Shown: positions 46,919 through 57,487 of the stretch, in pieces
Layout: the number at the start of each line of letters is the position of its first letter
Numbering within the stretch: the first letter of the stretch is position 1
Assembly: GCA_965219385.1 (NCBI GenBank)
Contig: CBDCNM010000002.1
Coordinates: forward strand, 4,164,305 to 4,228,304
DNA: 64,000 bases
Reading direction: 5' to 3'
Origin: Candidatus Latescibacterota bacterium
Lineage (GTDB): Bacteria > Latescibacterota > UBA2968 > UBA8231
Notes under the pieces: generated by a model
What the model saw: only the letters and a program-made list of their open reading frames with translations
What the model was told of the DNA's origin: nothing
Databases searched by the model: none
Translations under genes and position numbers: made by a program

Positions 46919-48157
46919 ATGAAAGTCACCGAGATCGAAGTCCACGAGATTGCGCTCGAGTACGTCGACTGGATCGCCTACCAGCTCAACCACTACTATG
47001 GTCCAACCCGCCGCACGGTCTACGTCGCCCACACGGACGATGGGCTGATCGGACTGGGCGAGAGCGGCACCGCGGACCCCCAGGACGTCATCGATCAGTA
47101 CATCGGCACCAATCCGTTCGACTGGATGGGCGACGAACTTTCACTGGGGCTCGGAACCGCCATGTACGACCTGATGGGCAAGGCGGCGGGCGTGCCCGTG
47201 TACAAACTGTTCGGCCAGAAATATCGCTCGTGGGTGCCGGTGGGGAGCTGGACGGTCTCCACCCATCCCGACCGCATGGCCGAGGCGGTCGAGCAATACG
47301 CCGCGCAGGGCTATACGTGGTTGAAGTATCACCTTTCGCCCTTCGAGAATGTGTTCGACCAGACGGAAGCAATGGAAAAAGTCGCGCCCGAAGGCTTCAA
47401 AATCCACTACGATTTCACCATGCACGGCACCGACGATCACATGCCCGAACTGCTGGAGAAACTGTCGCACTACCGGATTGCCGGCTGCTTCGAGGACGCC
47501 TTGCCGGCGCAGGATATCGAAGGCTACATCGACCTGCGCAAGCGCATCAACCTGCCGATCGTGCTCCACCATTGCCCTCTGGGCGCGACCTACGAGGTCG
47601 CTATGGGCGCGGCGGATATTTATATGCTGGGTCATGCAAAGATCGGGGATGCCATGCGCCGCGCCGGGCTGTTCGCCGCCGCCAACACCCCGTTCATGCT
47701 GCAAAACGTCGGCACCATGATCACGCGGGCCATGACCACCCACATGATGGCGGCCTTTCCATCGGCCATCTTCCACTTCTTCTGCGATGTCGAAACCTGG
47801 AAGGACTATCCGGTGAAGGAACGGCTGGAGCCGATCAACGGATTCCTGCGCGTGCCCGAAGAGCCCGGCTTGGGCGTAACCCTCGATCGCGACGAACTCG
47901 AGCGCCTAAAAAATCTGGAGCTTCCCGAACAGGAGAAGTGGATTCTCAAGGCGAGCTTTGAGAACGGCGCGAAGATGTACATGATCATCGGGCCGCCCGA
48001 CTCCATCTTGATGGTGCGGCCCGACCGGGATCGCCACATCCCCATGAGTTACGCCGCGCCGATCTCCAGCGAATACTGGGACGACGACGGCACCCCTGAA
48101 TACAAGGCGATGTTCGCACGGCTCGAACGGGAGGGCCTGGTACTGGAGCGAGGGTGA
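46919..48157 (+). CDS. Mandelate racemase/muconate lactonizing enzyme (enolase superfamily) protein
   Basis: MKVTEIE, GLIGLGE, AMYDLMGKAAGVPVYKLFG and VPEEPGLGVTLD. Confidence 0.88.
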   Translation: MKVTEIEVHEIALEYVDWIAYQLNHYYGPTRRTVYVAHTDDGLIGLGESGTADPQDVIDQYIGTNPFDWMGDELSLGLGTAMYDLMGKAAGVPVYKLFGQKYRSWVPVGSWTVSTHPDRMAEAVEQYAAQGYTWLKYHLSPFENVFDQTEAMEKVAPEGFKIHYDFTMHGTDDHMPELLEKLSHYRIAGCFEDALPAQDIEGYIDLRKRINLPIVLHHCPLGATYEVAMGAADIYMLGHAKIGDAMRRAGLFAAANTPFMLQNVGTMITRAMTTHMMAAFPSAIFHFFCDVETWKDYPVKERLEPINGFLRVPEEPGLGVTLDRDELERLKNLELPEQEKWILKASFENGAKMYMIIGPPDSILMVRPDRDRHIPMSYAAPISSEYWDDDGTPEYKAMFARLEREGLVLERG

Positions 48158-48344
48158 GCACTGGTACTGTTCTCCGGCGCCGGCAGCTTGATCTATCAAC
48201 CGGCCTGGACGCGCCGGCTCGCCTCAGGAGAACAGGCCATGACTGAGACGGCTTCTAAGATCGTCCTGCGGCTGCGGCGCGGAAAGACTTTTGCCGTGGG
48301 CACCACCCGCTGGTACCCACGGCTCACTGGGAAAAGGACAGCCC

Positions 48345-50828
48345 CTAATCCTGCAATTGCCAGCTGCCGTCGAAATGACCCGCCTTGAGGAAGCGGTCCT
48401 CGGTTTTTCCCAGAAAAGTGTCGTCGAAGATGACATAGTCGTAGTCCGCCGAGTTGGGGAACTGGGGGGCAGCGATGTCGAGTCCGGTCATGTGGATGTT
48501 GGCCGTGCCTTTGTGGGTGACGCCGCCGCCGATGAGGACATAGCGGTCCGGGTTGAGGGGATTCGGGTAGATCATGTGAACCGCCACGTCGGCCCCGGCA
48601 AAGCGCTGGTCGCCGGCGGCGATGGCGTCGCTGGCGAAGCGGACGGGCAGATGCCTGTTGATCTGCGCGATGATCCGGTTGGAGCCGGGGTTGCCGAACA
48701 GGATCAGGTTGCGCTCTTCGATGTCGGCCGCGGTCACCGCCGTGTCGGCCACCACGCGGCACTCGCCGTTGGCCCAGATCTGCCACCAGAGCTGGGCCCA
48801 GCGGGCCTGCTTGAAGTTGGCCTCGGCCTCTTCCGCCGAACCACCGCTGCCGTAGACGATGAGGAACGGGGAGTTGAAGGCCTCGAAAATGGGGCCGGCC
48901 ATCATCCCATGCTTCTGCAGGGCCGACGACATGGCATCGGCTGACGCGGTCGACCAGGCACCGTTCTTGCTCCCGACCGTCACTTCGTCCCGCGCGGGCC
49001 CAGAGTAACTCTCGATCCCGTTGGTGGTGATCACCACCGGCTCGTCCATGTTCACGAGCATTTCGTCCAGCTTCAGGGTGTAGCGGGAGACGTTCTCTGC
49101 CTCCACCTCGACCTTGTTGCCCGGGACGACCCTGGCGTGCAGCTCGGCCTCCTCCCCGTGCCGGCTCAGCTGGTCAATGCGGGTCCAGTAGGCTTTGTTG
49201 AAGCGCAGGTCTTCGGTCCTGTAGATCACCTCGTGGGGGTAGGCGTGGAGCCGGTGTCGGCGGAAGAAGTCGAAAAGCTGCGGGTCGTCAATGCAGGCCT
49301 GGATCCTCGCCTCGTCGAGCCACCACCAGTGGGTGGCGCCGGGAGGTTCGTGGTAGTGGACGGTGTAGTCCAGTTCTCTGAGGATCTTCACGACTTCCCG
49401 GGAGTTCTCCACGTCCACGACCTTGTCTGCGGCCCCGTGGAAGACGAAGGTCGGCAGGTTCAGCGCGTTCTCGATTACCGGCAGGGCCCAGGAGTTGCCG
49501 CCGGCAAAGGGGGCCATGGCGGCGAACAGATGCGGTAGGCGCAGCCCGATGTACCAGCTGCCCCGGCCGCCCATGGAGTGGCCGTAGAGGTAGATGCGCT
49601 CCGCGTCGATGGGGTAGCGCTTTTTCATCGCCTCCATCATCTCGAGCACGTCCCACGTGCCCGCCTCCTTGTAGGGCATCTCGCCGCGGGCGTTGGCCGC
49701 CGCCACGAAGACCCAGGGCCTTGAGGAGATGGATTCGTAGGCGTTGTCGCCCTTGTAGCCGTGCATGTTCAGCGCCAGGGCATAGGCCCTTTCCGGGTCG
49801 TATTTCCGGGGCGCGATGATGCGGAAAGGCTGGACCGAGCCGTCGAGCCGCGAGCGATAGGAGGTGGCGAAGTATTCTCCCCGGGCACGCAGTCTGGGCT
49901 GGAGCTGGAAGCGCTGGACCTCGTCCTCGACGGTGACGACCAGCTCCAGGCCGGTGCTGTCGGCCGGCCCGATCACCTCCTTCGAGCGCAGGCGGAAGGG
50001 CAGCTGATGGGTGACGCCGGGCATGATCGAGTCGAGTTCCTCCTCCGTGGCCTCCAGGACGTCGTTCCCTTCCACCGCGGCGCGGATCCCCCTCAGGGAG
50101 CGGGTGGTGAGGTTGGTCACGTTGATGGTGCCCAGTACGTCCAGCCGCTCGCCGACCACCAGGTCGGGCAGGAAGAGGTACTGTTCCTCCCAGGTCTCGC
50201 CCGCCGGGGTCAGGTCGGTAGCGTTGACGAACAGCTTGGTCTCGGGCTCGTGAACGGCCAGGGAGAACTTCCACGCGCAGCAACGGCGGCCGCCCTTCAC
50301 CAGGATGCGGTTGGCGCCCTTCTGCAGCTCGACCGGAAACAGCTCCTGGAACGGTTTGATATAGCGGCTGGCCAGGCTCAAATGGACCAGTTCGCCGTTG
50401 AGCCGGATCGCCATCTGGTCCTCGCCGCCCATGGCCAGGAACACCCTTCTGGCCCCTTCGCTTTCTATCTCGGCATAGGCGTAGCCCACCCGGCGGCGCG
50501 TCTCCCTGCTCTCACCGGTGGGATTGGGAAGCTTGAGAAAGTCTACATAGCCGTTTTCGGCCGCCTCCTGGCCCTGGCAGCCGACGGTTTCGCCGTCGGC
50601 GCGTTCAAATTCCATGCCCTCTCCGAGTCGGGCCTCGGCTTCGCCGCCCACCCCCTTCAGGTAATCGATGTAGAGCATGTCGGGCTCGGCCAGAAAGGGG
50701 CCGCACAGGGTCCAGTCGGTGATGTAGCCCTGCTCGGCGGCCGGATGGGGCTCAGCGCCGCAGGGGCTGGAAATCACCAGGATCGACAGGAGCAAGAAAA
50801 GCGTTAGAGCTGAATATCGAGTCTGCAC
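48345..50828 (-). CDS. Multi-domain alpha/beta serine hydrolase, secreted paralog of 44443..46869
   Basis: Signal peptide, GHSMGG, and long shared blocks (LNMHGYKGDNAYES, LRFNKAYWTRIDQL). Confidence 0.85.
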   Translation of the reverse strand: MQTRYSALTLFLLLSILVISSPCGAEPHPAAEQGYITDWTLCGPFLAEPDMLYIDYLKGVGGEAEARLGEGMEFERADGETVGCQGQEAAENGYVDFLKLPNPTGESRETRRRVGYAYAEIESEGARRVFLAMGGEDQMAIRLNGELVHLSLASRYIKPFQELFPVELQKGANRILVKGGRRCCAWKFSLAVHEPETKLFVNATDLTPAGETWEEQYLFLPDLVVGERLDVLGTINVTNLTTRSLRGIRAAVEGNDVLEATEEELDSIMPGVTHQLPFRLRSKEVIGPADSTGLELVVTVEDEVQRFQLQPRLRARGEYFATSYRSRLDGSVQPFRIIAPRKYDPERAYALALNMHGYKGDNAYESISSRPWVFVAAANARGEMPYKEAGTWDVLEMMEAMKKRYPIDAERIYLYGHSMGGRGSWYIGLRLPHLFAAMAPFAGGNSWALPVIENALNLPTFVFHGAADKVVDVENSREVVKILRELDYTVHYHEPPGATHWWWLDEARIQACIDDPQLFDFFRRHRLHAYPHEVIYRTEDLRFNKAYWTRIDQLSRHGEEAELHARVVPGNKVEVEAENVSRYTLKLDEMLVNMDEPVVITTNGIESYSGPARDEVTVGSKNGAWSTASADAMSSALQKHGMMAGPIFEAFNSPFLIVYGSGGSAEEAEANFKQARWAQLWWQIWANGECRVVADTAVTAADIEERNLILFGNPGSNRIIAQINRHLPVRFASDAIAAGDQRFAGADVAVHMIYPNPLNPDRYVLIGGGVTHKGTANIHMTGLDIAAPQFPNSADYDYVIFDDTFLGKTEDRFLKAGHFDGSWQLQD

Positions 50829-50849
50829 GGTACTCCTCCTCTCAGTGTT

Positions 50850-50913
50850 GTCGTCGAAGATGACATAGTCGTAGTCCGCCGAGTTGGGGAAATGGGGGAC
50901 AGCGACTTCGAGT
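50850..50913 (-). repeat. 64-bp remnant of the hydrolase 3' region
   Basis: Matches 48420-48483, with the first ~42 bp identical. Encodes ...FPNSADYDYVIFDD. Confidence 0.85.
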
Positions 50914-52356
50914 TCACTTGCGGTAGTCGAGCGGCGGTTTGCGATCCCCGAGCAGAGGCCGGTAGTGGAAGTCGGGCCCTCGTTTGTCTTCGAATTCCTC
51001 GCGCGCCTTTTCCAGCAGGGGTGGATCCTCGAAAAGATCCACCGCGCTCATGGCCAGGGTTTTGGCGGCCATGAGCATGCCCTTCTCACCGATGCTCGTG
51101 CCGCCAGCGGCAGTGGCCTGCCAGCTGTGGGCCGCGGTTCCGGGGACCCAGGTCGCGGTGACTAGACCGGCTGTGGGGACGGTCCAGCTCACATCCCCCA
51201 CGTCGGTGGAACCCTTTCCGTGCCAGAGCTGGTAGGGCATGATCTCCTCCTCCGATCCCAGGCCGCGCTCGGTAGCCCCCAGGGTGGCGTGGATGGCCCG
51301 GGCAAAGGCCATCTCTTCGGGGGTGTATTTCATGCCCCCGACCAGGCGCAGGTTTTTATCCACCAGTCTGGACATGACTTCATTTGGCAGCAGGCTGTGG
51401 TTGCCGTGGATGACTTCGTGCTCCACGCGGGTTCCGGTGCCCTGGGCCGCCCCTTCCGCGGCGCTGACGACCCGCGGCCATATTTCATTCAAGATCTTGG
51501 CCTCGGGGTGGCGGACATAGTAGTAGACCTCGGCGAAATCCGGCACTATATTGGGCGCTGCACCCCCGCGGGTGATCACGTAGTGGACGCGGGAAACCGG
51601 GGGGATGTGCTCCCGCATCAGGTTGACCATGAAGTTCATGGCTTCGACCCCGTCGAGGGCTGAACGGCCTCTTTCGGGGGCGGCGGCAGCATGGGTCGAT
51701 ATGCCGTAAAAGCGGAACTTGGCCGACTTGTTGGCCACCGAGGTTTTGGGGCTGGCATTGTTGCGGTCCCGGGGATGCCAGTGGAAGGCTGCGTGGACAT
51801 CGTCGAACAGGCCGGCCCGTACCATGTAGACCTTCCCGGAGCCGCCCTCTTCGGCAGGGGTGCCGTAGAGCCGTATGGTGCCGGCCTTTCCCGAGGTTTT
51901 CAGCCACTCCTTCACGGCAACGGCCGCGGCCATGGATCCGGTGCCGAACAAATGGTGCCCGCAGGCGTGTCCCGCCCCGTCCGGCACCCGGGGTTGCCGT
52001 TCGGGGACCGCGGCCTGCGACATGCCGGGCAGGGCATCGAACTCGGCCAGGATCCCGATGACCGGCTCGCCCTGGCCATAGCTTGCTACAAAGGCCGTGG
52101 GGATCTCGGCGACCCCGGCCTCGATGGCAAACCCGGCATCGCGGAGATGGGATTGAAGCAGGGAGGAACTCTGCTCTTCCTGGTAGCCCAGTTCGGGATG
52201 GCTCCAGATCTGTCGAGCGATACCGCCGTACTCAGAGCGGCTGGCCTCGATCGAGGCCATTATCTGACCCCTGGCATCCTGAGCTGTGGTTTGCGTTGTA
52301 GCCGAGAAGACGAGAGCAAGGCCGACAAAGGCTGTGCGGGAAAGCGATCCGGGCAT
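50914..52356 (-). CDS. M20 amidohydrolase (AbgB-like), secreted
   Basis: HPELGYQE, AEFDALPG, GHACGHH, GTPAEEGG and GSTDVGDVSW. Confidence 0.9.
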   Translation of the reverse strand: MPGSLSRTAFVGLALVFSATTQTTAQDARGQIMASIEASRSEYGGIARQIWSHPELGYQEEQSSSLLQSHLRDAGFAIEAGVAEIPTAFVASYGQGEPVIGILAEFDALPGMSQAAVPERQPRVPDGAGHACGHHLFGTGSMAAAVAVKEWLKTSGKAGTIRLYGTPAEEGGSGKVYMVRAGLFDDVHAAFHWHPRDRNNASPKTSVANKSAKFRFYGISTHAAAAPERGRSALDGVEAMNFMVNLMREHIPPVSRVHYVITRGGAAPNIVPDFAEVYYYVRHPEAKILNEIWPRVVSAAEGAAQGTGTRVEHEVIHGNHSLLPNEVMSRLVDKNLRLVGGMKYTPEEMAFARAIHATLGATERGLGSEEEIMPYQLWHGKGSTDVGDVSWTVPTAGLVTATWVPGTAAHSWQATAAGGTSIGEKGMLMAAKTLAMSAVDLFEDPPLLEKAREEFEDKRGPDFHYRPLLGDRKPPLDYRK

Positions 52357-52799
52357 GGGGACAACTCCTGGAATAAGAGGGCTTGATTGGGAAACGAAAA
52401 ATACTAAAAATCCGGCAATTCCTGCAAGCTTTGCTGTCCATCCTGCCCGCTCTCGGCGACGCGCAGGCGCTGCCGTACCCTGGCTGCGGAGTCCCTGACT
52501 CTCTCGACAGAGCTGGCTTGTTCCAGGGCCTCGTAGGCATCTGCGAAGCGGCCCTGTTTACCGTAAAGAATGGCGAGCTCAACCGCTACCTCACCCAGTC
52601 CGGGGGCGTGCTTTAGACCTCTCCGATAGATGCGTTCGAAGCGACCGGTTTTTTCTGCTTGCGAAGCGTCGACTCAGCCCACGCTAGAATCAGGTTGCGA
52701 TAGCGTTTCTGCAGAAGGGCTGAATGGGGGCCGTAGGGAGTGCGGCTGAGCAGGACCGGGAATTTTCCCGAAACCGCCTCCCCATTTCGGGCCGGCCGT

Positions 52800-52944
52800 C
52801 ATCGCGCACGGGGACCATGAAATTCTTGGCGATCACCACTTCCTCATAGGCGACCGGCGGGGTCTGGGCAAAGAGGGGAAGTCCCACCGGCAAGGTCCAT
52901 ATGGCCGCGGGCGCGGACAAAGATTGAGGTGAAATTCCGTTCAC
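52800..52944 (-). pseudogene. Possible CocE/NonD hydrolase 5' remnant
   Basis: Signal-like segment followed by VVIAKNFMVPVRDDG, resembling the VMVPMRDG start. Homology is then lost. Confidence 0.35.
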
Positions 52945-53056
52945 GGCGCATTCCTCTCTAAGAAGGCTTCTGAGGTTTGTGTTCGGTGGTGAATTTCGCT
53001 AGGTTTAACTGCGAGTTCTGCATACGAGAATATCGGGAAACCAAGAGGGTGGATCA

Positions 53057-55600
53057 ATGGGGACGAAAGGCTTGAGAGCATTTGTCGGCGGAGTGCCGTT
53101 ATGGCTCCTAATAGGAGGGGCGCTTTTTCAGGCTATTCCTGTCAGCGCGGAGATTATGGTCGAGAAATGGCAGATCGCCGGGCCTTTTATGGCGCCTCAT
53201 TACTGGAGGAATTCCAACCTGGACTACCTGGTGCCCCACGGAGGAGAAGAGGCCATTATTGCTTCGCCGTCTCAGGTGTTTTACGCGGAACAGCCGGATG
53301 GAGGAGAGGTGCGGTGGTTCGAGCTGGAAGCCGAAGAGCCGCACGTCAAGGTCATCTATCCCAATACCCACTGGGAAAATATAAAAGAAAAGTTCGGTCG
53401 GCGGTGGACCAGAAATATCGGCTATGCCTACGCCGAGATCGAAAGCCCTGAAAGAAAGCATGTTCTGGTGTACACCCAGTATGTCCTGCACTTTTACATC
53501 GATTCCATCCGTTACGAGGGAGAGCACTACTACAAAACCTACCACGGGGTTCCCGCGACCCTGAAAAAGGGGAAGAATCGGGTTCTGGTAAAATTCAGCG
53601 GCAGCGCCGAACCCCGGTTCAGTTTTAAAGTCGTTCCGGTTGCAGAGGATGTGGTTTTTCTCGACGACTACGAAACGCCGGATCTGATCGAAGGGGAAAT
53701 CCTCGAGAGTGGCTCCATGGGCATTCCTCTGGTCAATACGACAGAGGAGTGGCTGCGCAACATCGAGGTCGTGGTGCAGGGCGATGAGCATTTCAAAACA
53801 CAGGCCACTCCAGTGCCTCCTCTGGCGCCCCAGTCCATCACCAAAGTGCCGGTGAGGTTCACCCAGCAGAGCCTGGTGGAGAAAGGCGAAGAGGACCAGG
53901 GATACGAACTCGACCTGGAGGTTGTGGCCGGGGAGGGCATTCTCTACAGCGGCAAGATCCCCCTGAGGATCAGAACGGCTTCAGACCATCGCAAGATCAC
54001 CTTTGTTTCAAAGGTAGACGGTTCTGTCCAGTATTTTGCCCTCCATTACCCGAAGAACTACGATCCGGATAGAGAATACGCCCTTATTTTCTACCTCCAC
54101 GGAGGTGGTGACAGGGCCTGGGATGTGGTGGGGTTGAATTCGCCCAAAGACTGGGCCTTTGTCGTCGCTCCGACCAATCGTCGCCCTCATGGCTGGAACT
54201 GGTGGGACTTTGCGCGCTTCAATGTCTACGAGACCATGGCCCTAGTGAAAGAGCGCTTCAATATCGACGAAAAGCGGATCTATATGACCGGGGCCTCCAA
54301 TGGGGGGCAGGGGACCTGGTACCATATCCTGCACAATCCCTCCATCTTCGCGGCCGCAGCCCCGCTGGCGGCGTGGACCAGTTACGCTCTCTACCTGCCG
54401 CGGTTTTTTGATGCCGATGACCTGTTTTCCGCGCCGGACTTGCGCGCCATAAGAAACAGGGTGGAAAGAGAGTTCCAGACCCCAAACTATGTCATAAATG
54501 CAGCAAACCTCCCCGTCATATCCACCCAAGGAGGTGATGACACGGTCGTGCTGCCCATAAACCAAAGGCTGTTCCGAAAATTGATGCAGAACTACGGCAA
54601 TGAGATTGTCTACCGGGAGTTCCCGGGCAGACCCCACTTCTGGCACGAGCCGCGGGTGGATGGCGTTGGGGCGGATTGTATCGACAACCCTGAAATTTCC
54701 GCTTTTTTGCGATCCCGCACCCTGAATCCCTATCCGCAACGGGTGGTATTCAAGCTTTGCGACCTTTCGGTCAACAACAGATTTTACTGGGTGACGGTCA
54801 AAGAGCAGAAACAAGTCTACTACGACACCGAGGTCGAGGCTGAAGTTACAGGGAATACCGTGGCGATCAGCAGTTCGAATGTGGAGGCCCTGGAGCTCTA
54901 CCTGCCCGAGGAACTGGTCCCGGGAAACCAGGTCGAAATTTCGTGGAACGACGCGCGTGAAAAGGTTGCGCTCGACGACAGCAGAAAGGTTTCTCTCGGC
55001 TCTGTGCAAGAGCAAAAATCACTGCGCAAGACGCCGGAATTGTACGGGCCGCTCAAGGCCGCCTTTTTCAAACCTTCCATCTTTGTTTGCGGGACCAGGG
55101 GAACCAGGGAAGAAAGCGATATCCTGCTCCACAATGCGCGGGCGGCGGCCCATCGCTTCTGGAGGAAGGGGAATGGATATGCCAGGATGGTTCGCGATAT
55201 CGAGGTAGACGAGCAGATGATTGCAAGCTACAACCTCATTCTCTTTGGCTCTCCCGAGAGGAATCACCTGACTGCGAGGATAATGAAAAAACTCCCGATC
55301 CAGATAGAAAAAGGAAAGGTCTTCCTGGGAGATACCCTTATGAAGGGCAGTCTGGCCGTAGAGATGATCTACCCGAATCCGCTGAATGCCAAACGTTTTG
55401 TCGCCGTGTTTGCCGGATCGACCAAGGAGGCGGAGAAGATCTCGTTCTACTTCAATCCCTTTCTTCCGGGAGAACCCATTCCCGACTTCCTGATCTTCGG
55501 CGAAGCAGTGAAGACCTATGGCTGGGGAGGCGTGGAGGCCGCGGGATTTTTTTCAAAAGATTGGGATTTGAGCAACGAAGACTATTATATCAATGAGTGA
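53057..55600 (+). CDS. Multi-domain alpha/beta serine hydrolase, third and more distant paralog, secreted
   Basis: Signal peptide, SKVDGSVQ, YLHGGG, GASNGG and IYPNPLN. Confidence 0.85.
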   Translation: MGTKGLRAFVGGVPLWLLIGGALFQAIPVSAEIMVEKWQIAGPFMAPHYWRNSNLDYLVPHGGEEAIIASPSQVFYAEQPDGGEVRWFELEAEEPHVKVIYPNTHWENIKEKFGRRWTRNIGYAYAEIESPERKHVLVYTQYVLHFYIDSIRYEGEHYYKTYHGVPATLKKGKNRVLVKFSGSAEPRFSFKVVPVAEDVVFLDDYETPDLIEGEILESGSMGIPLVNTTEEWLRNIEVVVQGDEHFKTQATPVPPLAPQSITKVPVRFTQQSLVEKGEEDQGYELDLEVVAGEGILYSGKIPLRIRTASDHRKITFVSKVDGSVQYFALHYPKNYDPDREYALIFYLHGGGDRAWDVVGLNSPKDWAFVVAPTNRRPHGWNWWDFARFNVYETMALVKERFNIDEKRIYMTGASNGGQGTWYHILHNPSIFAAAAPLAAWTSYALYLPRFFDADDLFSAPDLRAIRNRVEREFQTPNYVINAANLPVISTQGGDDTVVLPINQRLFRKLMQNYGNEIVYREFPGRPHFWHEPRVDGVGADCIDNPEISAFLRSRTLNPYPQRVVFKLCDLSVNNRFYWVTVKEQKQVYYDTEVEAEVTGNTVAISSSNVEALELYLPEELVPGNQVEISWNDAREKVALDDSRKVSLGSVQEQKSLRKTPELYGPLKAAFFKPSIFVCGTRGTREESDILLHNARAAAHRFWRKGNGYARMVRDIEVDEQMIASYNLILFGSPERNHLTARIMKKLPIQIEKGKVFLGDTLMKGSLAVEMIYPNPLNAKRFVAVFAGSTKEAEKISFYFNPFLPGEPIPDFLIFGEAVKTYGWGGVEAAGFFSKDWDLSNEDYYINE

Positions 55601-55653
55601 GAGAATATGGCCATTGGATCCTTGTAGGGTTGCCAGCGAGAAGAAGGAACCTG

Positions 55654-56595
55654 TCATTGAATACGGTCATTTTGAATTTTCTGCAATCTCCTCATCGGTC
55701 CGTACAGATCCACCAGCCTGGCGAATTCCTTCTCGTCGTAGAAAGCACATTGGTCTTCGGTAAAGGCTTTGCCGACTTCCAGACAGAACCGGGCGGCCTC
55801 TTCGACGTCTGTTTCTCTGTTGGCGCCGGTCGCGCAGCCGGGCACGGGCATTTCTGTCGTGAGCGCAACGCCGACCACGGGCGCCGAGGTTACTACAGAC
55901 GGCTGCATGATGCTGTTGAGGTGGTAGATACCGTTGCCGTACGGGGTGATGTCCTGCATGGTTATCGGGCACACATACGGCAGAGCACCCGTGGTCCGCT
56001 GCATGAGATCGAGCAGGTCTTCGCTGAGGCGCAGGATATATCCTTGCCTGACCGTCGGAGTTATGGCAAATCCCCTGTGGTTTGCGATTCTGTTGCCGCG
56101 GGTCGTATCGACCGAAAGCAAGGCGTCCATCTCGTCCGCGACCAGCTTTTCTACCAGCGCGGTTTGCGCCACCGGCGCTTCCATGAACGGCACCGGATCG
56201 TGCGGTTTTGTCGGTGCATCCGGGCAAATGTGGGTCGTGATGATGATATCTCCCCGCAGAAAATCGCCTTTTTTTCGCATAGCGGCCAGTTTAAAGGCGC
56301 ACGCAAGCGCTGCCACGGCCCCCTCCGCATCCGAGACCATGCCGATCCGCTCGGGCCGGGCTCCAATGCCGCCGACTTTGCCGATTATTCCCAGGGTTTT
56401 TGCGCTACCACCCGCTGTTTTTCCACCTTGTCCGGGAATCCTGATAACGACGACGTCGGTTCGGGTTTTTTCTCCCTGGAGGGGCTCGACTGCGACCCTA
56501 TCGAGCCCCCGCTCGTTTAGACTTTGCGCCACGACTTTCCCGGTGACGCGGGCATCGTCGAGGATTTCGTGCGCTTCGATAACCTGCTTCAGCAT
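55654..56595 (-). CDS. DUF1177 family protein
   Basis: MLKQVIE, GGIGARP...VSDAEGA, HDPVPFM, DITPYGNGIYHLNSIMQP and VPGCATGA. Confidence 0.85.
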   Translation of the reverse strand: MLKQVIEAHEILDDARVTGKVVAQSLNERGLDRVAVEPLQGEKTRTDVVVIRIPGQGGKTAGGSAKTLGIIGKVGGIGARPERIGMVSDAEGAVAALACAFKLAAMRKKGDFLRGDIIITTHICPDAPTKPHDPVPFMEAPVAQTALVEKLVADEMDALLSVDTTRGNRIANHRGFAITPTVRQGYILRLSEDLLDLMQRTTGALPYVCPITMQDITPYGNGIYHLNSIMQPSVVTSAPVVGVALTTEMPVPGCATGANRETDVEEAARFCLEVGKAFTEDQCAFYDEKEFARLVDLYGPMRRLQKIQNDRIQ

Positions 56596-56610
56596 AAGTA
56601 TCCAACCTGT

Positions 56611-57255
56611 TTATTGAACCGTCCTGTACCAGGCGGCAAGTCCCGCGGCCTCGAGCGCGTCGACAACCGGTATGCGGGTCTCTTTTTCGATCCATTCAGC
56701 GAGCCCGAATACCGCGTACCCCGTACAGGCAAGGCATATTACATCCGGGTTGTGGCTGCCTAGCCTTTCAATTGTTTTCAAGGATGCCTCGCGGCCGCTA
56801 TCCGTCCGCAAGTCGGCCGCCGTTAAGACCCCTTCCGGCCGCACCTGAGCCAGCAGGTGGGCCCCCAGTACTTGCTGCATAATCGCCGGGGCGTTGTCCC
56901 TGATCCCGAGGGTTGCGATTCTCGACCCGGTGGCCAAAGCCAGTCCTGCGGCGGCGCTGCCGGCGCCGATTATGGGGACATCCGCGATTTGCCTGAGTTT
57001 GGCCACGCCCGGATCGGAGGCGCAGTTCACGATCAGAGCATCGAAGCCTTCCTCCGCCATGCTCTGGCCCAGATCCACGATTTTAGGGACGGCTTTTTGT
57101 TCGGATTGGCTGTCGTGGACGCCCTCGTACTGGTCGGGGATGCAGCGGTATGCGACCTCGAGTCCGGGGAAGCGGCGCATGAGGATAGCGGCCCGGGGTT
57201 CGGGTTGCCCTTCCTTCAGGGTCAAGATATTCAGTAAACCGATCCTTTTTTTCAT
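56611..57255 (-). CDS. Asp/Glu/hydantoin racemase family protein
   Basis: IVNCASDPG and CLACTG two-Cys motifs. Confidence 0.85.
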   Translation of the reverse strand: MKKRIGLLNILTLKEGQPEPRAAILMRRFPGLEVAYRCIPDQYEGVHDSQSEQKAVPKIVDLGQSMAEEGFDALIVNCASDPGVAKLRQIADVPIIGAGSAAAGLALATGSRIATLGIRDNAPAIMQQVLGAHLLAQVRPEGVLTAADLRTDSGREASLKTIERLGSHNPDVICLACTGYAVFGLAEWIEKETRIPVVDALEAAGLAAWYRTVQ

Positions 57256-57487
57256 AGTCGGTACCTGGTGAAATGGGCGGCCGACCGAAAGGGGACCTTG
57301 TCTCTGGCGTTTCGTGAGTCCCCCAGATGGTGGAGTGACCTTTTGCTGGTGGTCGGGCTCGCCTCAGGGGATGTCCCGAAAATCGGTTGGCCTCCTTCGT
57401 CTCTTCCTCTCCACCACCACCCTGCGCAAAACGCCTCCGGCAACATCCCCTTCCTGCCTTGAGCCGGGTATGGTCACGCGGTTCCGT

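Noticed and set aside
52383..52616. 77-aa plus-strand ORF
   Set aside because: No recognisable motif or convincing RBS. It may be an intergenic or decayed fragment.
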